Shown here piece by piece: positions 24,211 through 38,374 of a stretch of DNA of 64,000 nt. The stretch comes from Octopus vulgaris. Lineage: Eukaryota. Numbering within the stretch: the first letter of the stretch is position 1; each line of letters begins with the position of its first letter. The stretch lies in NCBI GenBank assembly GCA_951406725.2, contig OX597831.1, positions 43,772,001 to 43,836,000 of the forward strand. Reading direction: 5' to 3'. The translations under genes were made by a program, and so were the position numbers. Below the pieces are notes generated by a model. The model saw nothing but the letters and a program-made list of their open reading frames with translations, did no database searches and was not told where the DNA came from.

Positions 24211-24584
24211 TCATTTCATCCCATTCTTTTTTTTCTTTTCCTGTTTTCCTTTTTGATGGCGAAGAAATGACAAATCGATCTCACAAACACTTCATTGGGA
24301 ACAGTTTTAGTAAGAATGACATGTCAATCATTCAAGTTTTGTCTTTCGGGGGCAACTATTTTAAATTTAATGCACAGATTTACAACTCTGATGAGAGTCG
24401 GATACAATGAATGGTTTAAAAGAACATCTTGAAAAATATATATCTTCTTTGAGGTGGTTCTTTTGTTGGTTTCCTTGTTCAAATTTAGGAGAGAAAAAAA
24501 TGTCGTGTAACTGTTTAGCGTGTGTAACCGAGCTATAAAAGGAATGGTTACTTCTCTCTCGCTTCCTCTCTCTTTCCCTCTCCC

Positions 24585-24622
<38 letters not shown>

Positions 24623-24663
24623 TTTAAAAAAGAGATGTGGAACACGAGTTGTGATATATAAAA

Positions 24664-24774
24664 AGGAAATGCTGACAAAATAATTTAAGTAAGGGAGAGT
24701 GTATTTAATTAGGTGAAAGAACTTTCACCTAATTAAATACACTCTCCCTTACTTAAATTATTTTGTCAGCATTT

Positions 24775-24777
<3 letters not shown>
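24664..24777. repeat. Perfect palindrome, 56-bp arms, 2-nt spacer
   Basis: AGGAAATGCTGAC..GGTGAAAG-AA-CTTTCACC..GTCAGCATTTCCT. Confidence 0.95.
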
Positions 24778-24802
<25 letters not shown>

Positions 24803-24810
<8 letters not shown>

Positions 24811-25307
24811 ATTTTTTGCGTAATGCGATAAAAAACCAAGGGTGTGTAGATATTAGAACATTTATAGATAGAAGGTCTTACAGCTGTTTCCAGGATATTT
24901 ATTAATTGTATCCCTTCATCAGAGACGGTGTGAGAGGATGGTTTAGTCATAGTTAGTTTAGATGTGATACAAAATAGAGAGTGAAGTGGAGGAAAGAAAA
25001 TAGATGCAAGATATGTAGGGATATTGAAGTTGTAGATCCATTTTTTTAGGCAGAATAGTATACATGCAAGATTCTAATACCTTATGAGTAAAGTCCAACA
25101 GTCCAACAGAGTTTAAAGTGGGTCCTTTCAACTATAGAGTTTATACACAATGTGAGATTCGAATGCTTTATGAGTCAGATCCAGTAGTTTCCGGGATATT
25201 TAATAAATATCCTGGAAACAGCTGTAAGACCTTCTATCTATAAATATTCTAATATCTACACAGCCTTGGTTCTTTTTTTATCTCATTACGCAAAAACATT
25301 CTTATAT
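24803..25307 (-). mobile_element. Penelope-like remnant with inverted pseudo-LTR arrangement
   Basis: 24803-24905 is the reverse complement of 25200-25307; contains a hammerhead motif; flanked by (TA)n. Confidence 0.65.
24875..24926 (-). ncRNA. Type I hammerhead ribozyme motif (Penelope-type, palindromic stem III)
   Basis: Minus strand: GTCT-CTGATGA-AGGGATA..TATCCTG-GAAAC-AGCT-GTA-AGAC; canonical core, stem I GTCT/AGAC, stem III palindrome ACAGCTGT. Confidence 0.75.
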
Positions 25308-25439
25308 ACACAACCGCTGACATAGAACCAACGTTGAATCGCTTATTCGCAAAATTACCGAACATGGAACTTAACTATGGTCTGTCTATAGCACTTATTC
25401 GGCATTACCTGACAACTTTGGGTCTCAATGACACCATTA

Positions 25440-25590
<151 letters not shown>

Positions 25591-25609
25591 TATATACATA
25601 CATTTATAC

Positions 25610-27720
<2,111 letters not shown>

Positions 27721-27957
27721 ATGGTTCAAAATGTAAACAAAAATAATTCAAAATGTAAACAATAATAAACCATAAGATAAATCTTTTTTTTTTCAAAATG
27801 AGACAAAATTCACAGTAAGAGGGAAAATAATCTCTATTTTTGTATGTTTCCACTTTATTTATATTTGAAAAGTTTTCTCCTGCGCTGTATTCAAGTACTG
27901 ATGTCGATGATTTTCCCATATCTCTTTTTTTTTTTTTCTAGATTACTGGCTTAGCAG

Positions 27958-29281
27958 AAGGCGGCGAGCTGGCAGAAACCATAGCATGCCGGGCGAAATG
28001 CGTAGACGTATTTCGTCTGCTGTTCCGTTCTGAGTTCAAATTCCGCCGAGGTCGACTTTGCCTTTCATCCTTTCGGGGTCGATTAAATAAGTACCAGTTA
28101 CGCGCTGGGGGTCGATATAATGGACTTAATCTGTTTGTCTGTCCTTGTTTGTCCTCTCTGTGTTTAGCCCCTTGTGGGTAGTAAAGAAATAGATATTTCT
28201 TCTGCCGCTACGTTCTGAGTTCAAATTCCGCCGAGGTCGACTTTGCCTCTCATCCTTTCGGGGCCGATAAATTAAGTACCAGTTACGCGCTGGAGTCGAT
28301 ATAATCGACTTAATCCGTCTATCTGTCCTTGTTTGTCCTCTCTGTGTTTAGCCCCTTGTGGGTAGTAAAGATATAGGTATTTCGTCTGCCGTTACATTCT
28401 GAGTTCAAATTCCGCCGAGGTCGACTTTGCCTTTCATCCTTTCGGGGTCGATTAAATAAGTACCAGTTACGCGCTGGAGTCGATATAATCGACTTAATCC
28501 GTTTATCTGTCCTTGTTTGTCCTCTCTGTGTTTAACCCCTTGTGGGTAGTAAAGAAATAGGTATTTCGTCAGCCGCTATATTCTGAGTTCAAATTCCGCC
28601 GAGGTCGACTTTGCCTTTCATCCTTTCGGGGTCGATTAAATAAGTACCAGTAACGCGCTGGGGTCGATATAATCGACTTAATCCGTTTGTCTGTCCTTGT
28701 TTGTCTCCTCTGTGTTTAGCCCCTTGTGGGTAGTAAAGAAATAGGTATTTCGTCTGCCGCTACGTTCTGAGTTCAAATTCCGCCGAGGTCGACTTTGCCT
28801 TTCATCCTTTCGGGGCCGATAAATTAAGTACCAGTTACGCACTGGAGTCGATATAATCGACTTAATCCGTCTATCTGTCCTTGTTTGTCCTCCTCTGTGT
28901 TTAGCCCCTTGTGGGTAGTAAAGAAATAGGTATTTCGTCTGCCGCTACGTTCTGAGTTCAAATTCCACCGAGGTCAACTTTGCCTCTCATCCTTTCGGGG
29001 CCGATAAATTAAGAGCCAGTTACGCACTGGAGTCGATATAATCGACTTAATCCGTCTATCTGTCCTTGTTTGTCCTCTCTGTGTTTAGCCCCTTGTGGGT
29101 AGTAAAGAAATAGGTATTTCGCCTGCCGCTACGTTCTGAGTTCAAATTCCGCCGAGGTCGACTTTGCCTCTCATCCTTTCGGGGCCGATAAATTAAGTAC
29201 CAGTTGCGTACTGGGGTCGATCTAATCGACTTATCCCCTTCCCAAAAATTTCGGGCCTCGTTCCTAAAGTATAAAAGAATA
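27958..29281 (+). repeat. Tandem array of family B SINE: one head, six ~184-bp body+tail units, terminal unit with a different tail
   Basis: Head AAGGCGGCGAGCTGGCAGAA at 27958; units start near 28009, 28192, 28377, 28561, 28745, 28930, 29113. Confidence 0.95.
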
Positions 29282-30194
29282 TTGGTATGATTGCTGTTAG
29301 GCGGTGAGCTGGCAGAATCATTAGTAGGCTGGGCAAAATACTTAGCGGCATATCGACCATCTTGGCGTTCTGAGTTCAAATTTCACCGAGGTTAACTTTG
29401 TCTTTCATCCACTCGAGGTCGATAGAATAAGTACCATTTGAGTACTGGGGTCAATGTAATCGACTTATTCCCACGACCCGAAGGATAATAGGTAAAATTG
29501 AGCTCGGCCGGATTTGAACTCAGAACTTAAAGCTAAAGCAACTGAATATGTCATCACATTTTGGTCTGACATTCTAAAGATTATGTCTAGTAGGCAGATA
29601 GAAATTAGTTCAAAATAGGTTAAAATATCTGAGTAACTGTACGAGTATATATGTTCTCATCATGGTTGATGTTTTCTCCAGACAAATCTTGATGATGTAT
29701 ACCCATCATTAGAGACACTTCACCTGTGACCATCACATCTTTTTGTATATTTGAAGTGCATTATTCAACGCATATCACATTTACTTTTATAACGGCATGA
29801 TATGTTTTAAAGGAATTTGGCTGTTATTTCTAACAAGTCGAGCGACCACGTTGGGGATTCTCCCACTGGTATGGCTTTAGATATGTTCCGGTAAGATTGA
29901 AGAGTTTATAAAATTGCAAGAACAGAGAACATTTCTAAACCATATTATTTGACATTTCAAACAATGCATGTTTAGTTGTGATCACTGTTAGTTTGAATCA
30001 TTGCATAAACAGAAGCTGTTTGCCGATGTTGAGACCAACGATCGATTATATTATTTAAGTAGTTTTAGGCAGTGGGTTTGTTGGTGAACTGCGTGATTCA
30101 GGGATTTGCTAGAAGCTGTCGAAATATCATAGTGTGTCAAAGGTAGTGATATTATGTGGATATTGATGTCATCTCATATAATTGTTTCTACCGT

Positions 30195-32380
30195 AAGGCG
30201 GCGAGCTGGCAGAAACGTTAGTACGCCGAGCGAAATGCGTAGCAGTATTTCGTCTGCCGTTACGTTCTGAGTTCAAATTCTGCCGAGGTCGACTTTGCCA
30301 TTCATCCTTTCGGGGTCGATTAAATAAGTACCAGTTACGCTCTGGGGTCGATATAATCGACTTAATCCGTTTGCCTGTCCTTGTTTGTCCTCTCTGTGTT
30401 TAGCCCCTTGTGGGTAGTAAAGAAATAGGTATTTCGTCTGAGTTCAAAATCCGCCGAGGTCGACTTTGCCTTTCATCCTTTCGGGGTCGATAAATTAAAT
30501 ACCAGTTACGCACTGATTTCGATGGGATCGACTTAATCCGTTTGTCTCTCCTTGTTTGTCTCCTCTATGTTTAAGCCCCTTGTGGGCAATAAAGATATAA
30601 TTGTTTCTAACGCAGTCACGAGGAAGGGAAATTGGGGAAGTAGTCAATCCATACCCTAGATTCCAGGACTTCATTAGTACTTTATTTTATCGATCCTCGA
30701 AAGGATGAAAGACAAACTTGATCTTATAGATTTTAGAAGGGTAAAGGGCAATGGTGATATCGGCAGAATTTGAACTCAGAACGTAAAAGCTAGGAACAAA
30801 TGTCGCAAAGCGATTTTTTCGACGATCCAACGATACTTATTTTTTTATTGCCCACAAGGGGCTAAACATAGAGGGGACAAACAAGGACAGACAAAGTACT
30901 TAATTTATCGACCACTGAAGAATGAAAGGCCAAGTCGACACCGGCGGAATTTGAACTCAGAACGTAGCGGCAGATGAAATACCCACAAGGGGCTAAACAC
31001 AGAGAGGACAAACAAGGACAGACAAACGGATTAAGTCGATTATATCGACCTCAGTGCGTAACTGGTCCTTATTTAATCGACCCCGAAATGATGAAAGGCA
31101 AAGTCGACCTCGGCAGAATTTGAACTCAGAACGTAGCGGCAGACGAAATACTACTAAGCATTTCGCCCGGCGTGCCAGCTCGCCGCCTTCAGGCTCTAAC
31201 GCTTTCTGCTATTCTACATTCCTAATAATAATACTTTCAAATTTTGGCACAAGGCCAGCAATTTTTATGGGATGGGAAGGTGGAGGTAAGTTGCTTACAT
31301 CAACCACAGTACTTGATTGATATTTGTTTTAACGGGGTCGATAGAATAAGGGATTTGAAATGAGGATTTGAATTCAGAACCTAAAAGCCAGAAGAAATGC
31401 GGAAAAGCATTTTGTTCGATACACTAACGATTCTGCCAGCTTGCCGCCTTACGCCAGAATAATAATAATAGTAAGTTCGTAGGGGGGAGGAGTCAAGTTG
31501 TTTATATCGACCCCAATGTTCAACTGGTACCAATTTCATCGATCCCGAAAGGATGAAAAACGAAGTCGACTTCGGTGGAATTTGAACTCAGAACATAAAG
31601 AGCTGGAAGAAATATCGCTAAGCATTTTTTCCGATTCGCTAATGATTCTGCCCGTTCGCTGCCTTAGACCACACTAATAATAATGGTTTCTAATTTGGGT
31701 ACAAAGCCAGTAATTTTGAAAGGAGGGGGGGGTTAATCAATATCATAGAGCCCAGTACTTCGTGGCTACTTAATTTTATCGAATCCCCACCCCTCAAGAG
31801 GATGAAAGACAAAGTTGACTGAACCCAGAACGTAAAAAGAAAATTGTTAGACGCTGTAACGAATCTACCAATCCATCACCATAATAATAATCCTTTCTAC
31901 TATAGGCATTTTGGGTGGGGTAGGTGGGGTGTTATTCGATTGCATAGACCCTAGTACTCAATTTGTGCTTATTTTCGGTAATTTAGGGTACATGGGTACT
32001 AATTAAGAAGTGCTAATCAATATCATCGACCCTAGTACTTGATTTGTATTTTATTTGGTACTTAATTGGTATTTTATTTTATTGACCCCCACGAGGGTGA
32101 ATGACAAAGTTGATCTTAGCGGAATTTGAGCTCAGAACGTAAAGAGTCAGGAGAACTACCGCAAGTCATTTTGTCTGATATTCTAATGATTCTACCAATC
32201 CGTCATTCCAATTATCCTTTCTATTATAGTCACATGACCTGACATTTTGTGGAGCATATAGTCGATTAAATCAACTTCTGTAATTGACTGATACTTATTT
32301 TATCGACCCCCGAAAGGATAAAAGGCGGAATTAGAACCCAGAACATAAAGATTCGGAATAAACACCACTAGTTATTTTGC
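30195..32380. mobile_element. Dense cluster of family B SINEs (+ dimer 30195-30600, then head-to-tail minus-strand copies)
   Basis: Repeated GAGGTCGACTTTGCCTTTCATCCTTTCGGGGTCGAT core or its reverse complement. Confidence 0.85.
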
Positions 32381-33080
32381 GATTAGATATCATTTTAGAT
32401 AATATCGATTATGTTTGAATGTGGTAAAGATTGCTGAAGTTGAGTTTATATTAGAATTCATAACGGATTTTGATTGAACATACCAGTTACGTATGCAGGC
32501 ACAATACGAGCTAAGAGGGCGTCCTTTCAGAGTGAATTAAGGACCCTTCATCGAGTGAAACAAGGATCCCTCTATTGAAGGGAATTACGGAGTTTCTGTT
32601 GAGTGAACAAGGCACTTTGTCGATTGAGTGAAGGTGCCTCGATTGAGAGAATGCGAAATCCTCAGTTGAGTCAATGATGATCCTTTTCTGTAGAAACAAA
32701 ATGTTTGATGAAACGTTTCTATAGTAGAAAGGATTATTCTTATTATTGTCGAGTTGATCGAGGTGGGATTTGAACCCAGAACGTAAAAAGAAATTTGTTA
32801 GACGCTGCCACGAATCTACCAATCCACCACCAATAGAGATACTCTTGGTACATGTGCTGAGTGGAACAAGATAACAGATAAAGGATTAAGCAATTCCATA
32901 TCCAGTGTTTCGACATTAAGTCAATATTTTTAAATGTCCCAGATCTATTTCTTCCTGTTGCGCTGGGGTAGGAATATAGTTATTAGTGCCACCATCTTAA
33001 GTGACATTAATTCTGTTTCAGAAAGAATTAATTAATTCTATGAATACTGTTAGTTCAAGTTTTCGTTGATGAAACAAAAT

Positions 33081-33480
33081 AGGCGCAGGAGTGGCTGTGT
33101 GGTAAGTAGCTTGCTAACCAACCACATGGTTCCGGGTTCAGTCCCACTGCGTGGCATCTTGGGCAAGTGTCTTCTGCTATAGCTCCGGGCCGACCAATGC
33201 CTTGTGAGTGGATTTGGTAGACGGAAACTGAAAGAAGCCTGTCGTATATATGTATATATATATGTGTGTGTGTATGTGTTTGTGTGTCTGTCTTTGTCCC
33301 CCTAGCATTGCTTGACAACCGATGCTGGTGTGTTTACGTCCCCGTCACTTAGCGGTTCGGCAAAAGAGGCCGATAGAATAAGTACTGGGCTTACAAAGAA
33401 TAAGTCCCGGGGTCGATTTGCTCGACTAAAGGCGGTGCTCCAGCATGGCCGCAGTCAAATAACGGAAACAAGTAAAAGTG
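33081..33480 (+). mobile_element. Family A SINE, near full-length reference copy (tRNA-like head, CORE-like segment, internal microsatellite)
   Basis: A-box GTGGCTGTGTGG, B-box GGTTCAGTCCC, CORE-like CTTGGGCAAGTGTCTT, short-repeat tail; nearly identical to 52751-53160. Probably one of the described octopus tRNA SINEs (exact family not confirmed). Confidence 0.9.
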
Positions 33481-34074
33481 TAAAGTGTAAAAGTGTAAAG
33501 TGTAAAGTGTTACTAATCTGTGGCTCAACGCTGAAAAATAACTTTGGAAAACTCGACCTTTCAACTTAGGAAACGATTGAAAACAAAAATAAATTGATTA
33601 AAAGATCGATGTGAATGACACTATTTCTTCAAAACATTTAAAAATTTGATACTAAGATGTTTTGGTACCACTTTGGCATCCGGCTTATCTGGCCATTTGC
33701 AGTTTGGTGTTCATGCTATAACCCTAAGTCATAGCCCAGATCAGGTAATGCCACAGAGTATGTTTCTTTATTACCCACAAGGGGCTAAACATAGAGGGGA
33801 CAAACAAAGACAGACAAACGAATTAAGTCGATTATATCGACCCTAGTGCGTAACTGGTACTTTATTTATCGACCCCGAAAGGATGAAAGGCAAAGTCGAC
33901 CTCGGCGGAATTTGAACTCAGAACGTAACGGCAGACGAAATACTGCTAAGCATTTTGCCCGGCGTGCTAACGTTTCTGCCGGCTCGAGTAGACTACGGTT
34001 ACTGCGGTAGACCGCACGTTTAATAACACTGGTTTGTTTTCTGTTTTTATTCTTCCTAGGATGTTTAGAGTAGA

Positions 34075-34295
34075 AAAGAAGAAGAAGAAGAAGAAGAAGA
34101 AGAAGAAGGAGGAGGGGGAGGGGAGGGAGGAGAGGATGATAAGAAAGAGGAGGAGGAGGAAGAGGATTAGGTGAAAGGGAGGAGGAGGCGGAGCAGGAGG
34201 AGGAGAATGAGGAAGAGGAGGGGGGAGGAGAAGGAGGAGGAGAAGGAGAAGAAGAAGAAGAAGAAGAAGAAGAAGAAGAAGAAGAAGAAGAAGAA
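34075..34295. repeat. Purine-rich (GAA/GAG)n tract
   Basis: Read directly. Confidence 0.9.
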
Positions 34296-35232
34296 ATGGA
34301 TTAATGTGCATAGTGGATTCCGACTTCATCTGTGTGACAAGACAAGAAAAAAACTGAAAGACCTTATTGAATGATTTCCAGTTTGGCAAAGAGCAATGGA
34401 AAATTGAAGCTGTCACTATCGAAATAACGTCGTGAAAGCAAACACAGAAATTGTGTTGGTACCTTGACGGCGTTTTTAAGTTGAAAGGAATTCGTTTTAG
34501 TCAAAAGAACTGCTTTGCTATATGAGTTATATAAAACCGTTTCTAGAAGCTTCCAGCAAAGTTTCGTGTACAACTGCAAAATAAAAGTGTAGTACAGTAA
34601 CCCGGATTAAAGTGACCCGGATTTTTGAACTTTCCGGTTTTCTGGGGACTATCCTAATATATACTTAAAATTTAAAATGAATTATGGAAAGTAAAGAACT
34701 AAATTGTATTAAACAGATTCAAATTAATACATTTCTAAAGCAGTGTCTATTTGATATTTATTAATCCTCTTAAATTCTTAAGAGATGTCATATGTACCGT
34801 GTATACAGTATAATGCTAAAAGGAAGAAATTTAAATGAAGAATAAGTAAAGAATGTGATTTTATTTAATAGATGCACGGACAAATTAATACGATTCTATA
34901 ACAGAGGATGTTTAATCTTTATTAATTCTCATAGAAAAAAATTAAAGAACAAAACTATCTTCACACATCGTATGTAAATTAACCAGCTTGGAAAACAGGG
35001 TCTGTTTACTCAGTGCGAGGCACAGTAGAGTCGGGTTTCTAGAAGCCGAATAAGCGGCCCGGTATTATTTCGTTGATAAATAGAAGAACAACTTACGTCG
35101 CTGCCCAACAATAACAACTTGCGAGGATCGATCGCTTACAACTAGGGACAATAAGAGTAGAAATGGGTTCAGCTTCGCAAGAACGACATGACTGTGATGT
35201 CATTGTTATACAAATCAGGGAGGCATTATATA

Positions 35233-35461
35233 TCTCTTTACTACCCACAAGGGGCTAAACACAGAGGGGACAAACAAGGACAGACAAAGGGATTAAGTCG
35301 ATTACATCGACCCCAGTGCGTAACTGGTACTTAATTTATCGACCCCGAAAGGATGAAAGGCAAAGTCGACCTCGGCGGAAATTGAACCCGGAACGTAACG
35401 ACATACGAAATACGGCTACGCATTTCGCCCGGCGTGCTAACGTTTCTGCCAGTTCGCCGCC
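35233..35461 (-). mobile_element. Family B SINE monomer with 19-bp TSD
   Basis: TCAGGGAGGCATTATATAT present on both sides (~35215 and ~35462). Confidence 0.9.
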
Positions 35462-36234
35462 TCAGGGAGGCATTATATATAAGTTGATCAAAGCTATTTA
35501 AGGATGACACGTGACTGTAATGCAGCCTTTTCATTGGTACGGTACAGCACGATAAAAAGAAATCTCCATACAGTCGGAGAAAGTTCAATGTACACTTGAA
35601 ATTATTGAAGTCATGCTGGGCGAGGATTTCATAAGCGATTGAGTCTGGTGTTGCTATGCAATGACACTGTGTGCCAGAGAAAAAATATGACAAGACGTAA
35701 TAATCAAGTCGTCAATGAAAATATGAATAACTCTGCAAAAATCAACTCCCAACTACATGGTTCAGGGTTCAGTCCCACTGCGTCGCACCTTGGGCAAGTG
35801 TCAAATGTCTTCTACAGTAGCCTCGGGGCGACCAAAGTCTTGTGAGTGGATTTGGTCGAAGGAAATTGAAAGAAGCCTGGTGTATGTATGTGTATGTGTC
35901 TTTGTGTCTATGTTTGTACTTCAATCACCGCTTGACAACCGGTGTTGGTGCGGTTACGTCCCCGTAATTTAACGGTTTGACAAGAGAGATCAATAGAATA
36001 AGTTGTTGGCTCAACAAAAAAGAAGTACTGGGGTCGAGTAATTCGACTAAAAATTCTTCCAGCATGGCCGCAGTCTAAGATAAAAGATACAAGATACAAC
36101 CCCATTAATTTGTACGCTATGTTCCTAAAGGTAACTCCAGGAAATAGTTTAATATTCTGGGATTGATGCTGATTCAATTGCTCTTTGATTCACCATGCAC
36201 TATCACGGGAACTCCTGCTCTATAATAGGCAAGA

Positions 36235-36600
36235 CACTTTAATTCATTGCTCTGGGCAAGAGAAAAAGCTTCTTTTGTGTTCTACATTGCCAAGATTTTG
36301 GCAAGAAACTTAAAGAAATCATGGGAATAGCTGTGAGAACAATCAACCGTATTCGTGATGTAAAATGAATTATCTATCGACCACGAAAAAAAATGTCTTT
36401 AATGGGATTGAGTCTCTTGGTTAAATCCCAGTTGTTTGTTTGTAGGTGTACTAGAATTTAAGGATGACATTCCAGAATTTCTTGAGTATAATCAAACAAT
36501 TTTGAAGATAAATATATTTTTTAGTATTAACCTGAGATGCTTGGACGGTATTTGTAGATTCCTCAATAATTTGACCATATCAATGAAAGGAAAGGAAATT
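36235..36600 (+). pseudogene. Decayed hAT (Buster/Charlie-like) transposase fragment
   Basis: Fragments LIHC.., AKILARNLKEIMGIAVRTINRIR, VLEFKDDIPEFLE, LRCLDGICRFLNNLTISMKGK follow the order of Buster-type motifs (HC..H..L.AK, VK.VN.IK, EL..EI..FL, LAYL.DIF..LN.LN..LQG). Confidence 0.55.
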
Positions 36601-36629
36601 GGTGGTGGATATGAAGCGGTTATTCGTGT

Positions 36630-37035
36630 GTGTACATCACAGCATAACCAATCTTTGGTGTGGGCATATCGCAGCATACTAAGGCTTTGGTGTGAGCATG
36701 ACCAAACTTTTGTGCGAGCATATCGCAACATGCCCAAGCTTTGGTGCGAGAAAATTCTTTTCTACTCTAGGCACAAGGCCCGAGATTTGGGGGAGGGGGG
36801 GCAATCGATTAGATCGACGCCAGTGCGCAACTGGTACTTAATTTATCGATCCCGAAAGGATAAAAGGCAAAGTCGACCTCGGCGGAATTTGAACTCAGAA
36901 CGTAAAGACAGACGAAATACCTCTAATCATTTCGCCCAGCGTGCTAACGTTTCTGCCAAATTGCCGTCTTTTGGTGCGAGCATATTGCAACATGCTAAAG
37001 CTTTGATGCGAACATATCGCAATTTATTTAAGCTT
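36630..37035 (+). repeat. ~32-bp degenerate minisatellite interrupted by a family B SINE (- 36755-36968)
   Basis: Units GCATATCGCA.CAT..(T/C)AAGCTTTGGTG(C/T)GA; TTTGGTGCGAG on both sides of the SINE. Confidence 0.7.
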
Positions 37036-37439
37036 GTCGACGAGAGAAATGAATGTTTGGTTTTTCTTTCTGATTACGCATCTCTATGAAATAAACTTCT
37101 CGGTATTAATGAATCTGAAATGAAAACCAGGATGTCATGCCAGTCACTTTGTCAGCAATTGTGGGTGAGATATTTAGAAGGTTGTACGTATTTATATTTC
37201 TTTTATAGTAATGCAAACCAAAGCCGTCACTCGCAGGCGAGGGTGACACTATAGCACATACTATGCTTTTGCTAATTGTTTCAGGCACCTATGTAGTCGC
37301 AAGCAGATACAGACGTCCTTTCAGCTTTCCCTTAATTCAACAAAATGTCTAGGTTGGAGAGAGAAAGAGAGACAGACAGAGGATGTTTTCATCAACGCTC
37401 GGCTGGCACTCATTTCAGTCGAATAAGTAAGCTGAACGG

Positions 37440-37709
37440 ACACGCGGTTGGAGGATCGCGGTTTCGATTCCCAGACCGTGTGTTGTGTGTGTTTATTGAG
37501 TGAAAACACCTAAAAACTCCGCGAGGCTCCGGCAGGGGGTGGTGGCGACCCCTGTTGTACTCTTTCGCCCCAACTTTCTCTCACTCTTTCTTCCTGTTTC
37601 TTGAGTATCGCTGCGATGGACTGGCGACCCGTCCAGCTGGGAGGAACACATACGCCACAGAAACCGGGAAACCAGGCCCATGAGCCTGACTAGGCTTGAA
37701 AAGGGCGCA

Positions 37710-37740
<31 letters not shown>

Positions 37741-37742
37741 AA
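37440..37742 (+). mobile_element. Family C SINE with 3' tail and (TAAA)n
   Basis: Body matches 860/17566; tail CTGCGATGGACTGGCGACCCGTCCAG..(AAAT)n. Confidence 0.8.
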
Positions 37743-38374
37743 AGTAAGCTGAAACAACCCGAAGTGAAGTACGTAGCTCAACTCAAGGCATATCACCCTG
37801 CTCAGTTCATGAGCCGAATCCATGGCCTTATGATCACGAACCAAACACCACAATGACTAAATGACTGGATCACGCGCCTTCATTTAGTAATACAAGTAAA
37901 ATGTGAGATGTAACTATATAGCGATTCGTAATCTGAAATAGGTTAATTAACGTAACGCTACAAAATAGCAGTAGCTAGCTTGAATATGTCGTTTGCCGTT
38001 TTTATATCAATAAATATGACAAAAGCCATATAATTTGATTGCACACAAACAGTAGCAAAAATCTCACCAGATAAATAAAATTCAGCTTTATAATGCAAGC
38101 GAGATATTAAAAGTATTGCACGTATTTATTTTTCGTCTTTTAGTCATGTAACTCAAATGGTAAAATGTAAAAACGCACTGATTTATAATGTGAAATAGGG
38201 GAGTTAGAGATATAGTATAAAATAGTTGTAGCTAGCTTGAGTGTGCAATTTGTGGTTTTTATATAAATATATATGACAATATCCTTATGATTCTCCATCC
38301 GCCCTGTTTTGTTCCTGGATATCCATTTATAAAGTACATCCAAGTTATGATTTTTTTTAAAGGCATACTGACCC

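Noticed and set aside
22958-24214. 418-aa Pro/Ser/Thr-rich minus-strand ORF (extensin or mucin-like)
   Set aside because: Built from GGT/GAT/GAC triplet repeats that are open in several frames on both strands; no signal peptide, domain or splice context.
24385-24400. CTGATGA as hammerhead core or C/D box
   Set aside because: No GAAA..GUH at a suitable distance and no partner box.
27958-29281. CRISPR-like array (also 6319-6708 and 47530-48700)
   Set aside because: Contiguous units without unique spacers, SINE-derived, no cas genes, eukaryotic context.
32515-32690. Weak ~24-bp periodicity (TTGAGTGAA..)
   Set aside because: Too degenerate to define a unit by eye.
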